A stretch of DNA of 64,000 bases, from the sequence record OR062947.1. One strand, 5' to 3'. Below are positions 54,666-64,000 of the stretch, one piece after another. A model generated the notes under the pieces. That model searched no databases and was not told the origin of the DNA. It was given only the letters and a program-made list of their open reading frames with translations. The DNA comes from Escherichia phage 348Ecol098PP. Position 1 is the first letter of the stretch. Each line of letters opens with the position of its first letter. Made by a program: the position numbers and the translations under genes.

Positions 54666-55991
54666 ATGCAATTGAATTCTCGTAATCTAAAAAGTATTAT
54701 TGATAACGAAGCCTTAGCATATGCGATGTACACCGTTGAAAACCGTGCAATCCCAAACATGATTGATGGATTTAAGCCGGTTCAACGTTTTGTGGTTCAT
54801 CGTGCGTTAGATTTGGCTCGTGGTAATAAAGAAAAATTTCATAAACTTGCGTCAATTGCAGGAGGTGTTGCAGATTTAGGTTATCATCATGGCGAATCTT
54901 CTGCACAAGATGCAGGTGCATTGATGGCTAACACATGGAACAACAACTATCCGTTGTTAGATGGCCAAGGCAACTTTGGTTCTAGAACAGTCCAAAAAGC
55001 TGCAGCATCTCGTTATATTTTTGCTCGTGTAAGTAAAAATTTCTATAACGTATATAAAGATACTGAATATGCTCCAGCTCATGAAGATAAAGAACACATT
55101 CCACCAAAATTCTATCTTCCTATTATTCCGACAGTTCTTTTGAATGGTGTCTCTGGTATTGCAACCGGTTACGCAACAAATATTCTGCCTCATAGTTTTA
55201 AATCAGTCAAAAAGGCTGTATTACAAGCTCTTCAAGGTAAAAATGTCACTAAGCCAAAAGTTGAATTCCCGGAATTCCGTGGTGAAGTACATGAAGTTGA
55301 TGGGCGTTATGAGATTCACGGAACATATAAGTTCACATCTCGCACTCAAATGCAGATAACTGAAATCCCATATAAATTCGACCGTGAAACGTATGTGAGT
55401 AAGGTTCTTGACCCGTTGGAAGACAAAGGTCTAATCTCATGGGAAGATGATTGTGGTGAACACGGCTTTGGGTTTAAGGTGAAGTTCCGTAAAGAGTACT
55501 CGCTTCCTGATGATGAAGAGCTACGTCATGAAAAAATCATGAAAGATTTTAGTCTCATCGAACGTCGTTCACAAAACATCACAGTGATTAATGAAAAGGG
55601 TAAATTAGCAGTCTATGATAACGTAGTGGACTTAATCAAAGATTTTGTTGAAGTCCGTAAGACTTACGTTCAGAAACGTATTGACAACAAAATCCTTGAA
55701 TCTGAAAAAGCATTTAAACTGGCTTTTGCTAAGGCACACTTCATCAAAAAAGTTATTACAGGTGAAATTGTGATTCAGGGCAAGACCCGTAAAGCTTTGA
55801 CTGAAGAGCTAACACAAATCGAAATGTATAAAGAACATGTCGATAAACTGGTAGGTCTTAACATCTTCCATATCACTTCCGACGAAGCACGTAAACTAGC
55901 AGAAGAAGCTAAAGCTAAGAAAGAAGAAAATGAGTATTGGAAGTCTACTGATGTGGTAACTGAGTATGTTAAAGATTTGGAGGCTCTATGA
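54666..55991 (+). CDS. 52: DNA topoisomerase II medium subunit gp52 (GyrA-like)
   Basis: 441 aa; N-terminal NEALAYAMYTVENRAIPNMIDGFKPVQR. Confidence 0.92.
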   Translation: MQLNSRNLKSIIDNEALAYAMYTVENRAIPNMIDGFKPVQRFVVHRALDLARGNKEKFHKLASIAGGVADLGYHHGESSAQDAGALMANTWNNNYPLLDGQGNFGSRTVQKAAASRYIFARVSKNFYNVYKDTEYAPAHEDKEHIPPKFYLPIIPTVLLNGVSGIATGYATNILPHSFKSVKKAVLQALQGKNVTKPKVEFPEFRGEVHEVDGRYEIHGTYKFTSRTQMQITEIPYKFDRETYVSKVLDPLEDKGLISWEDDCGEHGFGFKVKFRKEYSLPDDEELRHEKIMKDFSLIERRSQNITVINEKGKLAVYDNVVDLIKDFVEVRKTYVQKRIDNKILESEKAFKLAFAKAHFIKKVITGEIVIQGKTRKALTEELTQIEMYKEHVDKLVGLNIFHITSDEARKLAEEAKAKKEENEYWKSTDVVTEYVKDLEAL

Positions 55992-56092
55992 GCCTTGGAG
56001 TCGAGTTCTTGTTACTATGTATCTTTGCTGTTATTCTAGGCCTGGCGACAGGCTTAGCTATAGGTTTAATAGCAGCCCACTTTAAAAAGTAA
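55988..56092 (+). CDS. small membrane peptide (34 aa)
   Basis: manual translation MSLGVEFLLLCIFAVILGLATGLAIGLIAAHFKK; ATGA coupling to 52. Confidence 0.4.
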   Translation: MSLGVEFLLLCIFAVILGLATGLAIGLIAAHFKK

Positions 56093-56113
56093 GGAACCTT
56101 CGGGTTCCTTTTT
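56093..56113 (+). terminator. rho-independent terminator (UUCG hairpin + T5)
   Basis: GGAACC-TTCG-GGTTCC-TTTTT. Confidence 0.65.
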
Positions 56114-56134
56114 GTGCATTTTTCTCACAAAACA

Positions 56135-56164
56135 GTTTACATGTGCTTCAAACATGATATTATA
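56135..56164 (+). promoter_or_regulatory. early-type promoter upstream of motA
   Basis: GTTTAC-N17-TATTAT. Confidence 0.5.
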
Positions 56165-56202
56165 GACCTATCAAAACAAAACAACCGAATTGGAGAAATA
56201 AA

Positions 56203-56835
56203 ATGTCTAAAGTTGCTTACATCATCAAAGCTTCCGAAAACGCTCTTAATGAAAAAACTGCTGCAATAATGGTTTACATCATTAAGAACAACTTCACCAC
56301 TGCTGCCAATGTCCGTGAAGCTCTGGAAGCGGAATACAATGCATCGGTTGTTAACTCTAACATTGGTGTATTGATTAAGAAAGGTTTAGTCGAAAAATCT
56401 GGTGATGGACTTATAGCAACAGGCGAAGCAATGGATATTATCCAAAAAGCTGCAGACCTCTTTGCCCAAGAAAATGCTCCAGAACTTCTTCAGAAACGTA
56501 ACACTAGAAAAGCACGTGGAGTTACTCCTGAAATGCATGAATTAGCAAACTTTGTTTTTGAAAATATTAAAGATAAAGTTGAAGTTAAAGAAATCGGTGA
56601 AAACCGTAGTAACTTGGAAGTTCGATTTGCAAAACGAGTTCTAGGTATTCGTCAGATCGAAATTCGTCGAGATGGTTCTCTTAGAATCTTTGCATACAAC
56701 ATGTCAGAAACTGAATCAAAGCTGTTTACTTCTCTTGAAAATGATGTTAAGATTAAGATCGGTGGTAAATATACTTACATTGACTTCCCTAATGTGTCCA
56801 AAGAAATCATTACCCTTGTAACTAACGTACTGTGA
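56203..56835 (+). CDS. motA: middle transcription activator MotA
   Basis: MSKV.YIIKAS...VNSNIGVLIKKGLVEKSGDGLI.TGEA.DII..AA.L.AQENAPELL.KR.TRKAR matches T4 MotA. Confidence 0.9.
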   Translation: MSKVAYIIKASENALNEKTAAIMVYIIKNNFTTAANVREALEAEYNASVVNSNIGVLIKKGLVEKSGDGLIATGEAMDIIQKAADLFAQENAPELLQKRNTRKARGVTPEMHELANFVFENIKDKVEVKEIGENRSNLEVRFAKRVLGIRQIEIRRDGSLRIFAYNMSETESKLFTSLENDVKIKIGGKYTYIDFPNVSKEIITLVTNVL

Positions 56836-56845
56836 GGAATACATA

Positions 56846-57175
56846 ATGAATAAGCTGAATATTATTAACGAACTTCGTAAATGTGCAGAACCTACTCAGG
56901 AAGGATGGGATATTTGGTACCACGGGGCTTATTTAGGGACAATTGTAAAGATTAAAGCAGGCCAATATATGGTTATTCGTGAAAATAATGACGCACCATT
57001 TGGCCTTCGTAAAAACTACATGGCAGCGATCAGTTCATTTGTTGATGCCGCTTACGAAATCTATAAAGAAGATTATAAAGAATATCAGCAGTCACAACCG
57101 GTTATTCGTTCGATCGGTGTAAATAAACAAGCACAAAAATCTATTTGGCAACGTATTAAGGAATGGTTTAAATGA
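56846..57175 (+). CDS. hypothetical protein
   Basis: ORF track; GAGGAATA RBS. Confidence 0.65.
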   Translation: MNKLNIINELRKCAEPTQEGWDIWYHGAYLGTIVKIKAGQYMVIRENNDAPFGLRKNYMAAISSFVDAAYEIYKEDYKEYQQSQPVIRSIGVNKQAQKSIWQRIKEWFK

Positions 57176-57633
57176 AATCATTTAAAGAACGTTTAGAGCT
57201 ATTAGATTTGGCCTTGTCTCGTGAGACTCCTGAAAGTCTAGCAGAAAAATTCCAGTCCTACGGTTATAATTATTCTGCTGATGATGTAATGAATGAAGTT
57301 CCTGAAATCTGTTGGCAAACGTGCTATTGGAATAATGACCAAAAAGTTCAACGTGTTATAGTATGTGCAGCTAATAGGTTTAAATTGAAGAGTGGTGGAA
57401 CTCTGGTTATTCCTGGAGTTCGTCATTACTCTAAAGATATGGCTGAAGTACTTGATATAGTTGGTCCTCAATTAGTCTCGCAACAAGTTTGTGGCGACGA
57501 CCAAGGCTTTATTGACCAATACTCTAATTACTGGACTCGTGAAGAAGCAATGATTATTGCAACGTATGCTGGACAGGTACGTATTGAACGTGGCGGAAGC
57601 GAGAAAGAACTTTATTCAGAGGACCTTTATTAA
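57172..57633 (+). CDS. hypothetical protein
   Basis: ORF track; ATGA coupling. Confidence 0.65.
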   Translation: MKSFKERLELLDLALSRETPESLAEKFQSYGYNYSADDVMNEVPEICWQTCYWNNDQKVQRVIVCAANRFKLKSGGTLVIPGVRHYSKDMAEVLDIVGPQLVSQQVCGDDQGFIDQYSNYWTREEAMIIATYAGQVRIERGGSEKELYSEDLY

Positions 57634-57914
57634 TGAATATTAAACAACTCCAGAAAGATGCTATTGAATCACGTATCCAAGATATCAAACGTCTTAATCA
57701 TATGATGGAAGAAAACTATGGTATGTATGCTAATCAGCCTGGTTGGGACGCTTTAGACCATCCTTATTTGGTTAATTTATGTAAAGGTGATACGTTAGCA
57801 ATTATTCGTGATGGGTTAAAACCTTTCTTGCGTGACATGTATATTAAAATGAACGAAGAAATTATTAGCTCGTTGCAATATCAATTAAGGAAATTAGATG
57901 ATGAGAATAATTGA
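57633..57914 (+). CDS. hypothetical protein
   Basis: ORF track; TAATG coupling. Confidence 0.6.
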   Translation: MNIKQLQKDAIESRIQDIKRLNHMMEENYGMYANQPGWDALDHPYLVNLCKGDTLAIIRDGLKPFLRDMYIKMNEEIISSLQYQLRKLDDENN

Positions 57915-58116
57915 TTCTAAAGTAGATTATTTTAATTCTGTTAATGATAAGAATAAAGCTTTAATTCGCCACTTTATTACTGAGATGGGATATACAGACT
58001 CTAAAGATTTGAAAGAGCACATTATCGAATGTTCTGTGGCTAAAAAGTTTTCTTTTACCGATAAATGTTTAAATGAGGTTATAAATCATTATGAACAATC
58101 TTGTAGCAAAACATGA
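57898..58116 (+). CDS. hypothetical protein
   Basis: ORF track. Confidence 0.5.
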   Translation: MMRIIDSKVDYFNSVNDKNKALIRHFITEMGYTDSKDLKEHIIECSVAKKFSFTDKCLNEVINHYEQSCSKT

Positions 58117-58199
58117 TTTCAATAAGGCTTCTGTTCATAAGGACAAGAAGAAATCAGAACTTCAATCTAAACGTAAACAAAAACATAAGGGTAAAGACT

Positions 58200-58499
58200 A
58201 TGCTTACTAAAATCAAAGAAAATCCTGCAACTGAACTTGTTATTCGATGCGAAGAACTTGCAGAGCTTTATCAGGTTAACCGAGAAGTATATCGTAGTGT
58301 TGTTGCAGATATGGCAGACGAAGTATGTTCTCGTATTCCTTTTAGTGTTGATTTCAATCAAATGAAGCCTGGTGAAATCACTATCGTCTTTGGTTCTGAC
58401 TATACTGAAGAACGGGCTCTTAATGTCCTAGAATATGAAATGTCATTCTTTGACATACAGGATTACATTGATAGTTATAAGGAACGATATGAGTCATAA
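58200..58499 (+). CDS. hypothetical acidic protein (100 aa)
   Basis: ATG 58200 with AAGGG RBS; in ORF-track frame 58113..58499. Confidence 0.55.
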   Translation: MLTKIKENPATELVIRCEELAELYQVNREVYRSVVADMADEVCSRIPFSVDFNQMKPGEITIVFGSDYTEERALNVLEYEMSFFDIQDYIDSYKERYES

Positions 58500-58650
58500 T
58501 CTTCAGAACGTAGTAGAGGCCGAACGTGAGCGTGAGGCTTTAGTCTATAATGAACTATTAGTTCCGTTCTTGGCCTTACACTCGTACGAACAGGAAGACT
58601 ATACCAATTACGTTAAAAGCGTAGAAAAAGCCGTTTACAATCAACACTGA
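58489..58650 (+). CDS. hypothetical small protein
   Basis: ATG 58489 with AAGGA RBS; ORF-track frame. Confidence 0.45.
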   Translation: MSHNLQNVVEAEREREALVYNELLVPFLALHSYEQEDYTNYVKSVEKAVYNQH

Positions 58651-58696
58651 TAATGGTACTATACTCATATCAATTAAGTGGAATGAATAAAACGTT

Positions 58697-58969
58697 ATGA
58701 ATAAAGACATTGAAATCGTACGTGAAATTATTACTATTGCTTCTATTTTGATTAAATTCTCTAGGGAAGATATTGTTGAAGACCGAGCAAGTTTCATCGG
58801 ATTCTTGAATGAGATTGGAATTAAAAAAGATGGTCGGCAGCTAAATCAGAATTCTTTTAGAAAACTAATTACAAATTTAACTGCCGAAGAAAAGAAAACA
58901 CTGATTAGTGAATTCAATGAAGGTTTTGAAAATATTTATCGTCATTTAGCGATGTATTCTAACAACTAA
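58697..58969 (+). CDS. asiA: anti-sigma-70 factor AsiA
   Basis: MNK.I..VREIIT.ASILIKFSREDIVE.RA.FI.FLNEIG...GR.LNQNSFRK...L...K.TLI.EFNEGFE..YR.L.MY matches T4 AsiA (90 aa). Confidence 0.9.
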   Translation: MNKDIEIVREIITIASILIKFSREDIVEDRASFIGFLNEIGIKKDGRQLNQNSFRKLITNLTAEEKKTLISEFNEGFENIYRHLAMYSNN

Positions 58970-59629
58970 TTATTTAGCCCTTCCTAGTATTCGGACCGCT
59001 TGGTTGCATATAGCCGCTAAGCGATCTTCCTCAAGTATATTATTCCCCTTATACCAATACATCGTCACAGTTCCAGCATAGATGTTATCCAAATTAAAGT
59101 ATGGACAACTATACATATAAGAAAGTTCGGCAGTTTTAGATTTTGTAGGCAAAAATGCAAATTCTGATTTAGACGAGAAATGACGGCCACTTAAATGAAT
59201 TATATATTCATTGGCCGTTTTATCCACCGGGAACCCCCCAAGGGACTTTTCAGAAATTGTGCTAGGCAGTTTGCCTTCATAAGCTATAAGGTCGACGAAA
59301 TAATTTAAGTTTTTAGGTCTGAAAGAATACACAGCACTAAAATCTGCACCAGATGAGATATGAACTATTTGCAGTTGTTCTAGAGCCGCAGATTCAAAAC
59401 GTAAAGCTCGTTCTTTTTGGATTATTTCAGTATAAGTATCATACTTAGATCTTACATAATAATCCAGCAAAATACTTCCTTTGTACCATATTAGTGCCAT
59501 TAGGAACAAAAGAATAATTACCGCTACTCGGGACATTAAAACCTTTCCAGTAGCGTTATCTTTGAAAATACGATCTAGCAACCCAAATAGAATATCACTA
59601 GGCGAAAATGACACTTTTGGTGTTGCCAT
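58970..59629 (-). CDS. t: holin T
   Basis: 219 aa; SFSPSDILFG.LDR.FKDNATGKVL.SRVAV..LLF.MA..WY... matches T4 holin. Confidence 0.92.
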   Translation of the reverse strand: MATPKVSFSPSDILFGLLDRIFKDNATGKVLMSRVAVIILLFLMALIWYKGSILLDYYVRSKYDTYTEIIQKERALRFESAALEQLQIVHISSGADFSAVYSFRPKNLNYFVDLIAYEGKLPSTISEKSLGGFPVDKTANEYIIHLSGRHFSSKSEFAFLPTKSKTAELSYMYSCPYFNLDNIYAGTVTMYWYKGNNILEEDRLAAICNQAVRILGRAK

Positions 59630-59638
59630 AATACCTCC

Positions 59639-60190
59639 TTACTTAAAGATATTTATAATTCGTTTAACAAGTGATTTGCTTTCAAGGTCAGGGAATTTAG
59701 GGAATTCGCCGCCAAGATGTTCATGTTTTTCTAAAAGGGCAAAGAATTTTTTGAGCTCTTTAAATTTTCGTTTTTCTTCTCTATTAGCAACCTCTGCATC
59801 AATAAGAGAACTTAAAACGCTGAATAATTTATAGAGTTCATGAATTTTCTTATCACGTTGAACTACGCGTTTATATGCTTCATCTTCCTTCCACCCGTCG
59901 TCGGTCCAAATGTCAAATTCGCCAGGTTCTTCTGTAGTAACATTTTGAAGAGCACCTGGAGTGTCAATAACAATTTTTTGCTTATCATAAGTCCATACTG
60001 TTTTTCCACGATGGTCTTCAACGTATACCCATTCTTGTTCGCGTTCATCAAATACAACAGCATAGCCTTCTTTAGGGTCTAAAGGTTTTTTTGGTGTCGA
60101 ATGAGCCGGAAATCCTACGCCTTTTAATGGTTTATAATTTTCTTCTTTGTAAAATTCTTTTGTATCGAAATAAAAGTGATAAATTTTCAT
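59639..60190 (-). CDS. 38: tail-fibre assembly/adhesin protein gp38 (T4 type, 183 aa)
   Basis: MKIYH.YFDTKEFYKEENYKP.KG.G.PAHST.KKPL.PKEGYAVVFDER...FALLEKHEHLGGEFP matches T4 gp38. Confidence 0.85.
   Translation of the reverse strand: MKIYHFYFDTKEFYKEENYKPLKGVGFPAHSTPKKPLDPKEGYAVVFDEREQEWVYVEDHRGKTVWTYDKQKIVIDTPGALQNVTTEEPGEFDIWTDDGWKEDEAYKRVVQRDKKIHELYKLFSVLSSLIDAEVANREEKRKFKELKKFFALLEKHEHLGGEFPKFPDLESKSLVKRIINIFK
59650..59657 (-). promoter_or_regulatory. late promoter TATAAATA (minus strand) upstream of holin t
   Basis: TATTTATA on + strand = TATAAATA on minus, 21 nt upstream of t start. Confidence 0.55.
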
Positions 60191-60198
60191 ATTCAGAA

Positions 60199-60212
60199 GG
60201 GGCCGAAGCCCC
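60199..60212 (-). terminator. UUCG tetraloop hairpin between genes 37 and 38 (minus-strand transcript)
   Basis: GGGGC-TTCG-GCCCC read on minus strand. Confidence 0.4.
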
Positions 60213-60217
60213 TCTCC

Positions 60218-63200
60218 TTATGCTAAACGAACGATATAGTTAAAAGCAATGTTTTTAACTGTGTTTTCTGTATTACCTGTACTATTTACAGTGATAGTAT
60301 GACCGTGCGAACCAATTGCTACCGAGTGGGTATGAGCACCAATACCTACAGTATGTGTATGGGCACCAATACCTACAGTATGCGCGTGGTTACCTGTGGT
60401 ATTTGTAGTTCCAGACCAAGAGTGCGTATGGTTACCTTCTGTCGATGACTTTGCAATATATTGGCCTATACCAGGCACGATTTTGTCGCTCGTGGCAAAA
60501 GAAAGAACCTGGGTTCCGCTAATTGCAGTAGCTCCATTAGGATATATTCCTGTTGGTTGATTATTAGGACCCCTTGGACCGGTCTGTGAGTGTTGGTGGT
60601 TCCCTGCTGCGCCAGTAGTACCACTAACGCTATGGTTATGGTTACCTGTTGTGTTGCTGGTTTTAGTACCATAATCGAATGATGAGGTGGTTTTAGTACC
60701 ATAATCGAATGATGAGGTGGTTTTAGTACCCAAATCTGTGCTTGATGCACTTGCACTATGGCTATGAGACTTAATACCATCAGCTTCTGTACTTAATACA
60801 GCACGCCCGGATGGTTTACCCTTGATAGTTTGACCACGCATATCAGGCAGAGCGCCGGAAGGATACACCGCAGCTAACTTAGGATACAAGTCAGTATCAA
60901 ACGTCTGGCCTTCCATGATGGCATAACCTTCAGGAGGTGTATCAGTAGGCCAAGGAATCGGAGCACCAATTGGGTAACTCGAGACAATATCCGTCTTAAG
61001 GTTATTTATTGTGGTATTCAAGTTAGCAAAATTACCAGTGCCGCCAGTGATGTTACCATCAGTACCGAATTGAGCATTACCAACTTTTAATGGTTTTGAA
61101 AAAAGAACATCGTCGGTTCTAAATGCAACCCCATGACCTAATGCATTATTATATAAGTTAAGTTCATCTGAACTACCACTCCCATTACCAACGTACCATT
61201 TAACCGTATTAGCTTTTTTACCCTGAATATAAACAGCGTTGGTCAATGAAGCCGAGTTAATAATAAGCGCGGCGTTATTAGCGTTAATTGTGATAGCTTG
61301 CCCTGATGTTGTTCCACTAGTTTCTACTTTAAATCTTCCACCACCGATATCAACATCATGATCCATGGAAACTTTACCAGTACTTAATGTAATATAGAAC
61401 GGACGTAAATTAGAAATACCACCTGATTCACCAGCATTCTGCGGGGTTGGAATAATATAAAGCTTATCTTCAGAACGACGGAAAATAGCACCGTATTCGG
61501 CATTCCAAATTCTTAATGCATCAGCAGTTCCGCCAATTTTAACTTGTCCAGTAATAGAAGAACCACCTTGGACAAACAAACCATTAGACATGGTAACATT
61601 ACCACCAAAAGAACCTGTACCAGAGGCACTTATATTTCCGAGCCCGACAATATGTCCAGTTTCTACAGTACCATTAAATTTAAAGTTAACCGGACCTACT
61701 GTTTGACCTGATGCAGGAGCAGTGCGTTGTGCATAAAAATAATATCCATGCCCGTCAGCTAATTCAAAAACTGTTTCACGAGTACGAGCGCCAGATGCGT
61801 TAAATGAATTACCCCACGCTTTAATAGATACATAACTTTTATTCTGACCTGCACGAGTACCACCAGCCCACAGTATAGTTTTAGTACCATCTACTGCTGT
61901 AGGAGCGTCAAGTTGAATACCATCGGGTCTAGCGCCAGTAAGAACTAATCCGTTATCAAATTTAATTCTTTGTATTGAAGATACTGTTCCGTCCGCTCTA
62001 ATAGCAACGCTATTGGAACCGGTTTTAATATCTAAAATTCCTGGGTCAACAATAAGCCCTTCGGCCATACTAACGGACATACGACCTGTACCACGGAAAT
62101 AGTGATACATTTTAGAATTACTGTTATAACCGATATGAGTTTGTCCATCACCGTTATTATTTCCATCAACATCAGTACGCGCAGTAAACATTGCTTGGTT
62201 GTTATTTGGGTAATCCCAAGTAGTACCAGAATTGCGGCTATAACCGACCATCAATTTCTTAGTGCTGTTAATACCGTTATTCAAAATGGTAGCGGATGAA
62301 ATACCGTTAGCCATGAAATCAATAACACCGTCGCGGACCCATTTAATACCTGTATCGTTATCACCAATGGCAATACCAATAGAAATAGCTGAATCCAAAG
62401 GATAACGTCCATTTGTACCATTATCAGGAAGACCTACTGAAATAGATTTACCTGCAGTAATACGCCCACTAGTATCAAACGCCCATTGGAAAGATTCCGG
62501 ACCTATACCAGTCCACCAAGAAATTTCTTGTGGCTTTCCTGAACGACAATCAGCTATTTCATGGAAAATACTAGAAGTATTCGAAGCCCGCATCTTACGG
62601 AGGTAGTTAAGACCATTTGTATTACGGTCAGAGCCATCTGCCGGTGGATTATAAATCCACATAGGTAAAGAAACCCAATCGTATCCAATGTTAGCATTAG
62701 CTACAAATGTTTTTGTACTAAAATTAATATTTTTAGTAACAATTTCAGGACCGGTGATAATACCATTAGCAGAGTTTATATTGCCTGAAGCAGAAATATT
62801 ACCGGTACGAACTTCAATACTACCAGAATCTACGATGAAATTACCATTTCGATTAAAAGTCCAATATTTCGAATCACCAGCTTCATTAATATAGTGAAAT
62901 TTAAAACTACCTTCGTTTACTAATGTACCAGCAGAAAAAGTACCGTCTTTATAACGCTGCTTAATCAGAGGATGGTATTCTGATACTGAGGTAGCAGAGC
63001 TCAAATCCGTAAAGATAGGAGCTTTATTTAGGTGTTGATTTGCCCACGCGCCATTTCCAGCAGTTTTTGGCAAGAATTCAATATACTTTCCTGCATAAAC
63101 AAACTGGTTTCCATTAAGATTATATGTACCGTTTTGTAAATAATCACCATTTTGAGTTACATTACCGTTAATATCCCCGCCCTTAGCAAAGCCTAGGCTA

Positions 63201-63343
63201 ATAATATTACCGAGGTCATCTTTAGTAAAAAGAGTTCGATCTTTTAAGTTTATCGCTAATTCGCCTTCGGCTAATTGTGCTGCAGTAGGATTAACTCCTG
63301 CCACTTTGCTTCTTTTAAATTGTATCTGTTTTAATGTAGCCAT
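60218..63343 (-). CDS. 37: long tail fibre distal subunit gp37 (receptor-binding), 1041 aa
   Basis: N-terminal [39 protein letters not shown]; C-terminal His-x-His repeats; synteny 36-37-38-t. Confidence 0.9.
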   Translation of the reverse strand: MATLKQIQFKRSKVAGVNPTAAQLAEGELAINLKDRTLFTKDDLGNIISLGFAKGGDINGNVTQNGDYLQNGTYNLNGNQFVYAGKYIEFLPKTAGNGAWANQHLNKAPIFTDLSSATSVSEYHPLIKQRYKDGTFSAGTLVNEGSFKFHYINEAGDSKYWTFNRNGNFIVDSGSIEVRTGNISASGNINSANGIITGPEIVTKNINFSTKTFVANANIGYDWVSLPMWIYNPPADGSDRNTNGLNYLRKMRASNTSSIFHEIADCRSGKPQEISWWTGIGPESFQWAFDTSGRITAGKSISVGLPDNGTNGRYPLDSAISIGIAIGDNDTGIKWVRDGVIDFMANGISSATILNNGINSTKKLMVGYSRNSGTTWDYPNNNQAMFTARTDVDGNNNGDGQTHIGYNSNSKMYHYFRGTGRMSVSMAEGLIVDPGILDIKTGSNSVAIRADGTVSSIQRIKFDNGLVLTGARPDGIQLDAPTAVDGTKTILWAGGTRAGQNKSYVSIKAWGNSFNASGARTRETVFELADGHGYYFYAQRTAPASGQTVGPVNFKFNGTVETGHIVGLGNISASGTGSFGGNVTMSNGLFVQGGSSITGQVKIGGTADALRIWNAEYGAIFRRSEDKLYIIPTPQNAGESGGISNLRPFYITLSTGKVSMDHDVDIGGGRFKVETSGTTSGQAITINANNAALIINSASLTNAVYIQGKKANTVKWYVGNGSGSSDELNLYNNALGHGVAFRTDDVLFSKPLKVGNAQFGTDGNITGGTGNFANLNTTINNLKTDIVSSYPIGAPIPWPTDTPPEGYAIMEGQTFDTDLYPKLAAVYPSGALPDMRGQTIKGKPSGRAVLSTEADGIKSHSHSASASSTDLGTKTTSSFDYGTKTTSSFDYGTKTSNTTGNHNHSVSGTTGAAGNHQHSQTGPRGPNNQPTGIYPNGATAISGTQVLSFATSDKIVPGIGQYIAKSSTEGNHTHSWSGTTNTTGNHAHTVGIGAHTHTVGIGAHTHSVAIGSHGHTITVNSTGNTENTVKNIAFNYIVRLA
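60336..60389. repeat. 27-bp tandem repeat x2 inside gene 37, encoding HTHTVGIGA His-box repeats
   Basis: GCACCAATACCTACAGTATG repeated at 60336 and 60363. Confidence 0.8.
60661..60730. repeat. 30-bp tandem repeat x2.3 inside gene 37, encoding [10 protein letters not shown] repeats
   Basis: TTTTAGTACCATAATCGAATGATGAGGTGG at 60661 and 60691, partial third copy. Confidence 0.85.
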
Positions 63344-63351
63344 AAGTCCTC

Positions 63352-64000
63352 TTAATAATAGCCGAAATCTTGAACAGAATCCTTAATTACGATTTGGTCG
63401 AAACGAGGAACATGATTAGCCTCAGACGCCGGATTCTGTGAGAAAAAGTTTGGTGCTGTTAAAGTACCAGTCATGGTATCGCCAGAACGCAATACACGGG
63501 AATTTGCGTTATCCGTAACAATATTTATTCGTCCATCAACATAATCTTTTCTTGTGAGATCATTTGCTGCAACTGGAGCAGTCATATCGCTTCTTACTTG
63601 TCCTGAAGCAGATACAACGCCTTTTGTATTAATATCACCATTACGTGTATTGATTACTACAGTTCTACCCGCTGTTCCTTGTGATGATTTAAAACCAATA
63701 CCATACCATGAAACAATATCAATATTTGCTGTAACAAAAGTAGCTGCATCACCGTTACCAGGAAAAATACCGCTTTGGTTTGTATTGTTTATAGCATATG
63801 GTATTTGCACGCCACTGTTAAATGTTACCTTTGAAGCGTAAGTACCACCATTAGCTTTAGAAACGAAATCATTATCAGCAGCTTGCGGTTTATTATATTC
63901 TGAATAGAGTTTAAACGTTTTATACAGGACGTCATCACCTGCTGGCATTAAAGGGAAATTACCTTGATGCCATATAACAGCACCGCCAGTTGTACTACCA
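63352..64000 (-). CDS. 36: tail fibre hinge protein gp36 (5' end beyond window)
   Basis: [40 protein letters not shown] ... [17 protein letters not shown] matches T4 gp36; true N-terminus lies upstream of first in-window Met. Confidence 0.85.
   Translation of the reverse strand, partial: GSTTGGAVIWHQGNFPLMPAGDDVLYKTFKLYSEYNKPQAADNDFVSKANGGTYASKVTFNSGVQIPYAINNTNQSGIFPGNGDAATFVTANIDIVSWYGIGFKSSQGTAGRTVVINTRNGDINTKGVVSASGQVRSDMTAPVAANDLTRKDYVDGRINIVTDNANSRVLRSGDTMTGTLTAPNFFSQNPASEANHVPRFDQIVIKDSVQDFGYY

Noticed and set aside
60336-60730. Repeat arrays considered as a possible CRISPR-like array
   Set aside because: Repeats are in-frame coding tandem duplications within gene 37, with no spacer/repeat alternation and no cas genes.
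62102-62894. Short + strand ORFs within gene 37 (62102..62299, 62688..62894) and minus ORF 60466..60780
   Set aside because: Lie inside or antisense to the tail-fibre gene in other frames; no start signals.
1-64000. tRNA genes and rRNA
   Set aside because: No cloverleaf-like conserved tRNA sequence (GTTC..A T-loop with acceptor pairing) seen on inspection; in T4 the tRNA cluster lies outside this region. A tRNAscan run would be needed to be sure.

Overview
This window reads as a T4-like (Tevenvirinae) myovirus genome segment, closest to the RB69 type judging from the 903-aa gp43 and a single fused 39/60 topoisomerase ORF. The + strand carries early/middle genes in T4 synteny (reverse of the T4 map): nrdC, 49, a GIY-YIG-like homing endonuclease, intron-less nrdD, nrdG, a glutaredoxin-like ORF, 55, 47, 46, rpbA, 45, 44, 62, regA, 43, then an island of sugar-nucleotide/DNA-modification genes, uvsX, 40, 41, a block of small ORFs, 61, 56, soc, two ModA/ModB-like ADP-ribosyltransferases, dda, dexA, three tandem paralogs, 39, a GT-B glycosyltransferase, rIIA, rIIB, ndd, 52, motA and asiA. 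The minus strand holds an HNH endonuclease (between 46 and rpbA) and, at the 3' end, late genes t, 38, 37 and 36 (partial). Regulatory signals match T4 classes: GTTTAC-N17/18-TATAAT-type early promoters, MotA-box middle promoters, TATAAATA late promoters and UUCG-tetraloop hairpins. The main candidate system is the island at 21409-27956: it encodes an arabinose-5-phosphate isomerase, a fused sugar-1-phosphate nucleotidyltransferase/anomeric kinase, a HAD phosphatase, a U32-family protein, dCMP hydroxymethylase and two further enzymes. Together with the GT-B glycosyltransferase at 47618-48718 and no alpha-gt/beta-gt/dam homologues in their syntenic slots, this predicts an NDP-pentose (arabinose-type) glycosylation of hmC DNA. 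All calls rest on reading the ORF track and motifs recalled from memory; no database search was run.
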